The notes under the pieces were generated by a model that ran no database searches, was not told where the DNA came from, and saw only the letters and a program-made list of their open reading frames with translations. Shown one piece after another: positions 8,843-16,387 of a stretch of DNA of 60,490 bases (position 1 is its first letter; every line of letters begins with the position of its first letter). Made by a program: the position numbers and the translations under genes. Source of the stretch: an uncultured bacterium (lineage in GTDB: Bacteria; Joyebacterota; Joyebacteria; Joyebacterales; Joyebacteraceae); contig CAZLTC010000009.1 in NCBI GenBank assembly GCA_964562405.1, positions 1 to 60,490 of the forward strand. Reading direction: 5' to 3'.

Positions 8843-9586
8843 CTAGATGCGGTCATACACGAACTTGGGTATGTAGAAACGTCGCCGGTTCAGAACGGTG
8901 CCGAGCGCCGTCGCACCCGCCTCTTCAAGAAGGTCGAGAGCCCGCACGTGAAGCTGCCTGCGCGTGTGTCCGGCCCTGACGACCAGCACCACACCGTCGC
9001 ACTCCGTCGACATCTGCACTCCGTCGGAGTACGACAGAAGCGGCGGGGAGTCGATCACAACGAAGCCGAACCTACCCTCAACGGAGGTGAAGAGCTCCGC
9101 CATCTTCGGATCCCCGACCACACGCGGGGGTGCGATGACCGGTCGTCCCGACGTCAAGACGGTAAGGTGCGGTATTTGTGTCTTGACCAGACAGTCCTCG
9201 AGCGCCGCGCCTCCCACGATGTGATCGGTGAGCCCCGGGTCACGCCGCACACGGAAGAAGTCGTGCACGGTCGGATGCCTGAGATTCGCGTCCACCAGGA
9301 GCGTCGGAGACTCGCCGCGCTCCGCAACGGTCGAGGCGAACTCACGTGCTATCGTGCTCGTTCCCTCCTCCGGGATGGCGCTCGCGAACAGCACGACGCG
9401 CGACTTCACGTCGGGAAGAGCCTGCCCTATCTCCGAGGCAAGGGAGAGGTACTGCTCGGCCTCGGAGTGCGTGATCCTGCCCGGCCGCGCGGGCGAGACG
9501 ACGCCGCCCGCGTCCGATAGCAGGCCGCCGTCCTCGCCGCCCTTCTCGCGGCGCGCTCTTTCCATCGCTCTGGAGATCTCGCTCAT
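8843..9586 (-). CDS. BY-kinase-like (CpsD/CapB/EpsG-type) P-loop protein with degenerate Walker A and A' motifs
   Basis: VVLFASAIPEEGTSTIAREFA aligns to the BY-kinase Walker A (..GEGKST..) but has Thr in place of Lys. LLVDANLRHP aligns to Walker A' (DxDxR) with Asn in place of the second Asp. Walker B FVVIDSPP is intact. The C-terminus is RRRFYIPKFVYDRI (two Tyr). GGAGAG SD. Confidence 0.75.
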   Translation of the reverse strand: MSEISRAMERARREKGGEDGGLLSDAGGVVSPARPGRITHSEAEQYLSLASEIGQALPDVKSRVVLFASAIPEEGTSTIAREFASTVAERGESPTLLVDANLRHPTVHDFFRVRRDPGLTDHIVGGAALEDCLVKTQIPHLTVLTSGRPVIAPPRVVGDPKMAELFTSVEGRFGFVVIDSPPLLSYSDGVQMSTECDGVVLVVRAGHTRRQLHVRALDLLEEAGATALGTVLNRRRFYIPKFVYDRI

Positions 9587-9624
9587 CTAGACTCTCCGAC
9601 CCGCTGCCCAAGGGACAGCGAACC

Positions 9625-11082
9625 TCATCTTCTGGCCACCCACGCGTCCGGCAGGCCGCTTCTCTGGAGCACCTCAACGGCTCGTCTGGCCGAGGCAAGC
9701 GAGTCGAAGCCGGCATCCAGCACCACACGGTGCCACGTGCCGCGCTCGCCAAGATCGACCGTCCAGACCGAGGCGTTCATCCCGTCGCCGCGGAGTTCCT
9801 CCGCATGCCTGCGCGCGGCCGCCAGATTCCTGCTCGACGATGCCACGATCACGTAGGGTCCGGTCGGTGCCGCGTCGATCCGCGTCTCGCCGACGGGCGT
9901 GTCGGTCACCAGGACGGGCGCCACCTCATCTTCCGCGGTGGTCCCGACGACGTCCGTCGTGCGCTCGGCGTCGACATCCACTGCTTCCGGACCGCGGACG
10001 GTCTCGTTAGGGGTTGGCTCGCCTTCGGAAACACCCATCATCGTCTCAAGGGTGTCGGTCTCCGCACCGGTGGCGGCCACCGCCAGTTCGCCCGAGGAGA
10101 GATCCGCACCCTCTCTTCCCTCGAAGTAGAAGACGGCCCCCACGACGATCGCGACCACGGCAATGGAGGCCGCGACGGCGGGAGCCCACGGCATTCTCCG
10201 CGAGGCGGGACGGCGCACCTTGGGCATAACGGTGGCTTCGACCTCGGGCTCCCACGCAACGGGACCGCTCGCATCCTCGCCGCCACCCTCCAGCCCATCG
10301 ATGGCCTCGTAGACGATGTCGGCCGTGACGCGTGCGGAGTTGCGCGCGTAGCCGGCCAACAGTGCCCGGTCACAGACCATGTTTATGACCCTGGGGACGC
10401 CCTTCGAGTACTCGTACACCACGTCAACGGCATCGGGCTGGAAGACTCGCTGCGTCGCTCCCGCGACCGCCATGCGATGCGCGATGTACTCAGCGGTCTC
10501 CTCACTCGATAGCGGCGTCAGATGGTACCGGATGCCGATCCGCTGACGCAGCTGCCGCAACTCCTTCATCTCGAGCTTGTCCCGAAGCTCCGGCTGCCCC
10601 GCCAGCACGATCTGCAGACTCAGCATCCCGTTCGCTCTCAGGTTCGAAAGCAGACGAATCTCCTCCAACACCGGCAGGCTGAGGTTCTGTGCCTCGTCCA
10701 CGATGAAGATGGCGTTCTTGCTGTCGTCCGACCACGCCGAGAGACGTTCCTGCAGCAGCTCGAGTATGGACGCCTTCGAGCACGCCGTCGTGTCGATCCC
10801 GAATCCGCCCGCGAGGACCCTGAGAAGATCGAGCTCGTCGATCGTCGTGTACGACAACTTGGCAACGGCCGTGGACGCATCCAGCTCGTGGGCGAGGACG
10901 TCCAGCATGGTCGTCTTCCCCGTGCCGACCTCACCGGTGAGCTGTATGAAACCCTTGCGATCCTCGACGCCGTACTTGAGGTGGGCGAGCGCTTCCCTGT
11001 GGTGCGCGCTCAAGTAGACATAGCGAGCGTCCGGTGTCATCTCGAACGGTCTTTCGACCAACCCGTAGAACTCCGTATACAA
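9625..11082 (-). CDS. ExeA/GspA-like AAA ATPase - TM - SPOR domain protein
   Basis: TTG 11082 is preceded by a GGAGGA SD. N-terminus YTEFYGLVERPFEMTPD. Walker A GEVGTGKTT; Walker B IFIVDEAQ. One TM segment (MPWAPAVAASIAVVAIVVGAVFYF). The C-terminus is SPOR-like: GPYVIVASSSRNLAAARRHAEELR...WHRVVLDAGFDSLASARRAVEVL. Confidence 0.75.
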   Translation of the reverse strand: MYTEFYGLVERPFEMTPDARYVYLSAHHREALAHLKYGVEDRKGFIQLTGEVGTGKTTMLDVLAHELDASTAVAKLSYTTIDELDLLRVLAGGFGIDTTACSKASILELLQERLSAWSDDSKNAIFIVDEAQNLSLPVLEEIRLLSNLRANGMLSLQIVLAGQPELRDKLEMKELRQLRQRIGIRYHLTPLSSEETAEYIAHRMAVAGATQRVFQPDAVDVVYEYSKGVPRVINMVCDRALLAGYARNSARVTADIVYEAIDGLEGGGEDASGPVAWEPEVEATVMPKVRRPASRRMPWAPAVAASIAVVAIVVGAVFYFEGREGADLSSGELAVAATGAETDTLETMMGVSEGEPTPNETVRGPEAVDVDAERTTDVVGTTAEDEVAPVLVTDTPVGETRIDAAPTGPYVIVASSSRNLAAARRHAEELRGDGMNASVWTVDLGERGTWHRVVLDAGFDSLASARRAVEVLQRSGLPDAWVARR

Positions 11083-11097
11083 CGCTGTTCCTCCGTT

Positions 11098-12465
11098 CTA
11101 CGACCTACGTTCCGGAATCGACGCCAGCACCTTGACGCCAAGGAACCTCTGAACGTCTTCCCTGCGGTCGAGCGAGTGGTCGGCCTTCTCCAACCCGTAG
11201 ACCATGAGGATACCGAAGATGGCCGTGAACACACCGACCACGACCTTCATGTTGACCGGCCGGGGTGTCGGACTCGATGGAACCTCCGCGCGGGATATGA
11301 CAGCCACGTTCTGGATGTTCGGATCGACGGCCGCCGTGACCCTGTACTCCTCCGAGCGGTCCAAGATGATCGTGTAGACGTCGTTCCTCGCGTCGAGGTC
11401 CGCCTCGAGTATCCTGCGCTGCACGGTGACGTTGGCGATCTCGGCGTCCTGCCCGTTCAGCTCCAACAGAAGGTCGTCGACCGCCTGCCTCTGCGCCTTC
11501 CACTCGAAAAGCCTCATTTCCTGCCGCTTGAGAGCGCGCTCCACCTCCTGCCGGAGCAGCACCTCCAGTGACGAGATCTGGCGTTCGAGCCTCTTGACCT
11601 CGGGGTGATCCGGGGTGTAGCGGGCGCTCGCACTGGCAAGGTCGGCGTCGGCGTGGATGAGCGTCGTGTAAGTGGTCGACACGGTCCCCATTTCGTAGAT
11701 GTCACCGCTCGGCACGTGCGAGTAGTCGGTGTCCTCGTCCAACCATCTCCGCACCTCAGCCAGCTCCACCTCGCGGGAATTGATCCTCGCGGCCAGGTCC
11801 AGCCGCTGGTTCCAGAGCTTGTTCTTGAGCCCCATGGTCATCTCGCCACGGAGACCCCGGATGAGATCTCCCTTCTCGGCGCCGAGCTTGGCGATCTCTG
11901 CGGCGACCGAGTCCCTGGCGGCCTTCGCCCGCCGTGCCTGGTTGCCCAGGTACTCCACGGCCTCGTAGTTCAGCGCGACCCTTGCGCGTGTCTCCAGGTA
12001 GGACTCGAGTGCGGTGTTCACCACCAGCGCCGCCCACTCCGGATCGGTGTCGCGGAACTGTATGTCGATGATGTCGGCCTCGGGAAGCGAGTTCGCCTTG
12101 ATCCTTCTCTGGTATTCCTCGATCGCGAGACCGCGCTCCTTCTTCTCGGCGATGCCGAGTCTGTCGACCACGTCCGCCGCGACGGCCGTGCTCATGATGA
12201 TCTGAAGCTCGGAGTTGATCGCCTCACCACGCCGCAGGACGGCGCTGGTCACGGCGGGCATCGCGTATGCCGCCTTGAGCCTCTGCACCATCACTCTGGC
12301 CGTGGCCTGGTACTCCGGCTTCTGCCCAACGGACCCGTATGCGATGATGAGAACGCCCAGCACCAGAAGACCCACGAGCGGGTATTTCCTCTTGAACGCG
12401 ACGTAGACGACGTCGCGCAGGAGGGTCGGCTCGGTCTCGCGCATTGGTCTCTTGGTCTCAGCCAC
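11098..12465 (-). CDS. Polysaccharide co-polymerase / chain-length determinant (Wzz/GumC family, no kinase domain)
   Basis: GTG 12465 with SD-like GGAGGA/CGGAG upstream; alternative ATG 12444. N-terminal TM (YPLVGLLVLGVLIIAYG), a long helical periplasmic region, and a C-terminal TM (VVVGVFTAIFGILMVYGL). Confidence 0.8.
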   Translation of the reverse strand: MAETKRPMRETEPTLLRDVVYVAFKRKYPLVGLLVLGVLIIAYGSVGQKPEYQATARVMVQRLKAAYAMPAVTSAVLRRGEAINSELQIIMSTAVAADVVDRLGIAEKKERGLAIEEYQRRIKANSLPEADIIDIQFRDTDPEWAALVVNTALESYLETRARVALNYEAVEYLGNQARRAKAARDSVAAEIAKLGAEKGDLIRGLRGEMTMGLKNKLWNQRLDLAARINSREVELAEVRRWLDEDTDYSHVPSGDIYEMGTVSTTYTTLIHADADLASASARYTPDHPEVKRLERQISSLEVLLRQEVERALKRQEMRLFEWKAQRQAVDDLLLELNGQDAEIANVTVQRRILEADLDARNDVYTIILDRSEEYRVTAAVDPNIQNVAVISRAEVPSSPTPRPVNMKVVVGVFTAIFGILMVYGLEKADHSLDRREDVQRFLGVKVLASIPERRS

Positions 12466-12486
12466 GTGACTCCGGTCCTCCGTCCG

Positions 12487-13230
12487 CTAGAAGCGCCACT
12501 CGGCGCCCTGCAGGTGTGCCATGTCGTAGCCGCGCAGGTAGAAGAGCTGCGTGGGGGCAATGTTATTGAAGAAGAGCTCTACAAACTCATCTATCTTGCC
12601 GATGACGGACTTGGGAACGTAGACGACGTCGTTCGGTCTGAGCCGCATGTCCTCCGAGAGATCACGCCCCGACAGGACCTTGGTCACATCCACCTTGAAG
12701 GCCTCGGCCCGGTCGACGCCGTACGTACGCACCACGACGACGCTCGACGGCCGTCCCGTCGACTTGACCCCGCCGGCCTCGGCGAGCGCCATGGAGACCG
12801 TGAGAACCTCCGCCGCGGTCACCCTGCCCGGCTTGCCCACTTCGCCGATAACGAACACGGGCTGAAGGGCGATCTCCTTCAGCATCACGGACACCGAGGG
12901 GTCTATCAGGTATGGAGACATCTGCTCTGAGATCACACCGGCGAGTTCTGTGGCCGTACTGCCTGCAGCAACCACCTCGCCCACCATCGGGAGCGTCACC
13001 GTCCCGCTGGGCGTGATCGGTGTGGTGTACGAGGCTCCGGGATCGGCCGGGAAGCTGACCTCGATGAGGTCCCCGGGCCTCAACCGGTAGTCCGGTTGCC
13101 TCGGCCCCTCGAAGACGACGTCGCTCACCGGCTCCGCATCATCACGCTGCGGACCCGACGCGCACCCCGCCAATAGAGCGACAGAGCCCAGCCCCAGCAC
13201 CAAGAGCCAGTGAATCCATCGTTCGTACAT
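12487..13230 (-). CDS. Short outer-membrane polysaccharide export (OPX, Wza-like) lipoprotein
   Basis: Track ORF trimmed to ATG 13230 (GGGGGA SD). MYERWIHWLLVLGLGSVALLAGC is a lipoprotein signal. YRLRPGDLIEVSF is a Poly_export motif, and the segment around LRPNDVVYVP is SLBB-like. Only 247 aa, ending ...HLQGAEWRF. Confidence 0.8.
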   Translation of the reverse strand: MYERWIHWLLVLGLGSVALLAGCASGPQRDDAEPVSDVVFEGPRQPDYRLRPGDLIEVSFPADPGASYTTPITPSGTVTLPMVGEVVAAGSTATELAGVISEQMSPYLIDPSVSVMLKEIALQPVFVIGEVGKPGRVTAAEVLTVSMALAEAGGVKSTGRPSSVVVVRTYGVDRAEAFKVDVTKVLSGRDLSEDMRLRPNDVVYVPKSVIGKIDEFVELFFNNIAPTQLFYLRGYDMAHLQGAEWRF

Positions 13231-13348
13231 CTGATTTCCCCCTACTACACGGCCCTCGTCCTCACCACTGAGGGCGAGACAAGGCTCAGCAAAGCATAAC
13301 CTGTGCCACGGCGCCCCCATTCCGGGCGCACTTCCGCACATCCGCCGC

Positions 13349-15034
13349 TCAAGAACCGCCCGTTCGGCCGCCATCGGGCCGCGCCGCGCCGTCAGCTCCA
13401 ACGGTATCCCTTACAGCGTCCGCAACTCCGTCTCGCGGAACGCCCTCTCCTCGCATCCGGAAGAGCGTGACCGACACGCCTGTGAAGTCCTGCGCATCAA
13501 TCTCTGGATGGTCGGCCCGGAGCACCGACGGTATTCTGCCGTCCGGATCCACCTCCCACTCACGGGCCTCCACGTACCACAGCCTCGCCGCGCCGCCCGC
13601 CTCTCGCTCGAGCCTCTCGCGAACAGCCGCGTCACTCCCGGCCTGGCCGCGGTAGAACACGAAACGTTCGGCGGCGCCGTCGTAGTAGTGGTTGAACACG
13701 TCGCGCACAACGGGAACCAGGACGATGTCCCCCGGCTCCTCGTTGAGCTGGACGTAGTACGCCGCCGACCTCACGTCCGCCTTCCAGTACCGCGGGTTCA
13801 GGTAGTATCCGGACAGCGACAGACAACAGAATACGACAATCGCGGCACAAAGCAAGCCCGCCGCGACGCGTGGAAGCGAGACGATACCTGCCGCCAGCGT
13901 CACTATCAGGATAGGAAAGGCCACGGCCAGGTATCGCGGGTTCATCGGCTTAATGTTGAGAATGGCCAGCGCCGCGGATGCAGCAAGAACGACGAGCATC
14001 ACGAGCAGCACGAACGACAGCCTTCTCCTCCGGCGCGCCAGCGACCACAACCCCAGGAGCAAACCGACCGCGAGGAGGGCGCCGGCCGGCGCCACCAGCG
14101 CGAGGTTCTCACGCACCGCCGCGGACGGGTCCGGGGAGTGCAGCTCCCGCAACCCGGGCCCCAGGGAGAAGCCGTAGCCCATCGCGAAGACCGAGTACGG
14201 GATCGCCTCCACCGTGAAAGTGGTGTCACCTCGTCGGAGTTCAGTCTCCTCGGCGGACGGTGCGAAGGTCATCTGCTCGGTCACGTCCTCCTTCTCCGCC
14301 CACCCCGTGAGCCCCCACACCATCGGAGCGCACAGCGCGGCCGCAACCGCGAACGCGAGCACCGCCCCTCTTGCGAAGGCGCGGTCGCGCGCTGCTCTGG
14401 GGACCGCGAAGAGGGCGTGTGCGAGCGCCAGGAACACCGCCGAGAGGTTGCAGTAGACCGCCAGCGCCACCGCAAGCACGTAGGGCCACCACGAGCGTCG
14501 CCTCTCGGTAACGAGCCTCCAGATGAGAAGCGATGCCACGGCCGTCAGGAACATCAGGAGCGAGTAGTTGCGGATTTCCTGCGAGTACCAGATCGCGAAG
14601 GGAGACACCGCGACCAGCAGCGCCGAGACCACCCCGGCGGCTCTGTTGACGATCGACTTCCCCAGGAGATACGTGACCGGAATGAGGGCCGTTCCGGCGA
14701 CCGCGGAAATGCTCCTCAGCGCGAATGTCGAGTCGGAGAAGCGAGCCACCAGGTGAACGAGCAGGGCGTGCAGAGGCCCCTGCACGTTGCCGAAGAACTG
14801 CGCTGCGCCGAGCCGGCCCCCGACCTCGGCCGCGCCCAGCGTGAGAACTTCGTCGACCCAGAGGCTCTGAACATCCAGCCGGTAGAAGCGCAGCAGGGCG
14901 CCGAGCGCGACCAGCACGAGCACGAGCCAGCGGATTCCCTCCGCACTCCACTGGAGTCCGCGCCGAGGGCCGCCGCGACGTCGACCGATGATGTTGCTGC
15001 CGCTCACCATTTGGTATCGCACCCGCCTCTTCAA
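13349..15034 (-). CDS. GT-C fold membrane glycosyltransferase (ArnT/PMT, GT39/GT83-like)
   Basis: 561 aa with about 11 TM helices. The first loop, SLWVDEVLTLG, carries the GT-C acidic motif. The C-terminal ~110 aa are soluble. The start is uncertain: TTG 15034 or ATG 15010. Confidence 0.7.
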   Translation of the reverse strand: MKRRVRYQMVSGSNIIGRRRGGPRRGLQWSAEGIRWLVLVLVALGALLRFYRLDVQSLWVDEVLTLGAAEVGGRLGAAQFFGNVQGPLHALLVHLVARFSDSTFALRSISAVAGTALIPVTYLLGKSIVNRAAGVVSALLVAVSPFAIWYSQEIRNYSLLMFLTAVASLLIWRLVTERRRSWWPYVLAVALAVYCNLSAVFLALAHALFAVPRAARDRAFARGAVLAFAVAAALCAPMVWGLTGWAEKEDVTEQMTFAPSAEETELRRGDTTFTVEAIPYSVFAMGYGFSLGPGLRELHSPDPSAAVRENLALVAPAGALLAVGLLLGLWSLARRRRRLSFVLLVMLVVLAASAALAILNIKPMNPRYLAVAFPILIVTLAAGIVSLPRVAAGLLCAAIVVFCCLSLSGYYLNPRYWKADVRSAAYYVQLNEEPGDIVLVPVVRDVFNHYYDGAAERFVFYRGQAGSDAAVRERLEREAGGAARLWYVEAREWEVDPDGRIPSVLRADHPEIDAQDFTGVSVTLFRMRGEGVPRDGVADAVRDTVGADGAARPDGGRTGGS

Positions 15035-15068
15035 CGAGTCGAGTCATCGGAGCCAAGCACGGTACCAT

Positions 15069-15097
15069 AGGGTATGGGAGACCCGACCGAGTGTCAA
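15069..15097 (-). promoter_or_regulatory. Possible internal sigma70-type promoter (TTGACA-N17-TACCCT) ahead of the GT-C gene
   Basis: The - strand reads TTGACA (15097->15092), then 17 nt, then TACCCT (15074->15069), inside the 206-nt gap between the priming transferase and the GT-C gene. The -10 is weak. Confidence 0.3.
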
Positions 15098-15125
15098 TCC
15101 AATGCTCGCTTCGCGCAGACATGGT

Positions 15126-15184
15126 AATCCGGCAGCGTCGCGGTGTGAGTGAGGAGCTTCTGGTTTCGCTGACGCTACCGGATT
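15126..15184. repeat. 14-bp inverted repeat separated by 31 nt (AATCCGGCAGCGTC ... GACGCTACCGGATT)
   Basis: Arms at 15126-15139 and 15171-15184. There is one non-Watson-Crick position, which is G-U compatible on the - strand RNA. On the + strand the repeat is followed by GCTTTTGCTG. Confidence 0.6.
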
Positions 15185-15240
15185 GCTTTTGCTGTCCGCG
15201 CGATGGCACCGCGGCGCAAGAGCGCCTGAGCAGTCGGTCT

Positions 15241-15933
15241 CTAGTAGGCTCCCTTTCGTGAGAGAACCGCGGGGAGTGTCCTGATAAGGATCTTGAAGTC
15301 CAATCCGAACGATTGACGCCGGATGTACTCTATGTCAAGTCTCATCCACTCTGTGAATCCTATGTGATTTCTTCCGCTGATCTGCCACAGGCACGTGATG
15401 CCGGGAACCACCGAGAGCTTCTCTCTTTGCCACCCCTCGAAGTTCTCCACCTCACACGGAAGCGGCGGCCTTGGTCCGACCAGGCTCATCTCGCCGCGCA
15501 GCACGTTGATCAGCTGAGGCAGCTCATCCAGGCTCGTGCGCCTCAGGAATCGACCGATGCCGGTGACTCGAGGATCGTCGCTGATCTTGAACACGGGCCC
15601 CTCTAGCTCGTTCAGGTGCATGAGGCTCTGCTTCATCGCCTCCGCGTCCTCCACCATCGACCTGAACTTGTAGAAGAGGAACTCGCTACCGTCCTTGCCG
15701 ACGCGCTTCTGCCGGAAGAAGATGGGTCCCCTCGAGTCGAGTTTGATGACGATCGCCAGGACAAGAAAGAACGGTGAGAGGATTGCCAGGCCGACTAGAG
15801 CCGCGGCCACGTCGCATGCCCGCTTCACATACGACCTGTAGAACTGCCCACGCAGCACGCCGAGACGCTCGCGGTCGCGCCGCGTGTACTCCTCGATCGT
15901 TCCGTATCCGAATCTCTCGTCAACGAAGTACAC
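15241..15933 (-). CDS. Small monotopic phosphoglycosyl transferase (bacterial sugar transferase family; priming enzyme)
   Basis: GTG 15933 with an AGGAG SD 9 nt upstream. Re-entrant helix ALVGLAILSPFFLVLAIVIKLDSRGPIFFRQKRVG. Catalytic region SLDELPQLINVLRGEMSLVGPRP. Confidence 0.85.
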   Translation of the reverse strand: MYFVDERFGYGTIEEYTRRDRERLGVLRGQFYRSYVKRACDVAAALVGLAILSPFFLVLAIVIKLDSRGPIFFRQKRVGKDGSEFLFYKFRSMVEDAEAMKQSLMHLNELEGPVFKISDDPRVTGIGRFLRRTSLDELPQLINVLRGEMSLVGPRPPLPCEVENFEGWQREKLSVVPGITCLWQISGRNHIGFTEWMRLDIEYIRRQSFGLDFKILIRTLPAVLSRKGAY

Positions 15934-16193
15934 GGTCTCTGGCTCCTGAGGCTGTGGCCCCCAACTAAGAAGCCGAGCGTCGGCTCAATGTCCGCGCCCG
16001 GCCTGGGGTAGTCGATGGGCTGTCTGCCAAGGGCGCGTCCGGGTCCGACACGTGCGCGGCTTGCAGACGTGGTCCGTCGCTAAGCCGCTCACACCACTCG
16101 TGCTGTCAGTTCCCAGAAGAAACCCTTAACAGTGGAGCTATGCGAGTCCTTTCGCTGATGTTTGAACCCTTGGTCGCTCTCGCATCTAATGAT

Positions 16194-16222
16194 AGTGTAT
16201 CACAAGCTTTGTGCAGTGTCAA
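16194..16222 (-). promoter_or_regulatory. Sigma70-type promoter of the EPS operon: TTGACA-N14-TGa-TACACT
   Basis: - strand: TTGACA (16222->16217), a 17-nt spacer ending in TGA (extended -10), then TACACT (16199->16194). It lies in the most AT-rich part of a 454-nt intergenic gap, about 255 nt upstream of the first EPS gene. Confidence 0.55.
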
Positions 16223-16387
16223 CCACTAATCCCCGGTCCGGCCCGGGTGGCTCCCTCGAACTGGCCCACCCGCGGGCCCGGGTCCTCCCACCGTAGCGGC
16301 GGCATTTCGCCACTGGGAAGCCACGGGCAGTGCCCCTCCGGCCGCCGGCAGCCACTCCGCGGCTGCCGAGTCAGACGGCTCCGGGAA

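Noticed and set aside
13255-13278. 9-bp hairpin (CTCGTCCTC-N6-GAGGGCGAG) between the GT-C gene and the OPX gene
   Set aside because: It has no U tract and lies within an operon. It may be an mRNA stability element, but there is nothing to support a specific function.
15934-16193. JUMPStart/ops (GGCGGTAG) antitermination element in the EPS leader
   Set aside because: I could not find the ops core on the transcribed strand. The only similar string (ccgtagcggcgg, about 16291) is upstream of the promoter and in the wrong orientation.
16217-16223. Recurring word 'tgtcaac' in intergenic regions (also at 15092, 29907 and 33481), first considered as a novel regulatory motif
   Set aside because: It is simply the reverse complement of the -35 hexamer TTGACA for - strand promoters. 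It also occurs inside coding sequence, for example near 5416 and 55381.
16346-16368. 8-bp GC hairpin (CGGCAGCC-N7-GGCTGCCG) 20 nt downstream of the DHS-like gene stop
   Set aside because: This is a plausible end of the LPS operon, but no U-rich tail follows on the - strand. I cannot call it an intrinsic terminator from sequence alone.
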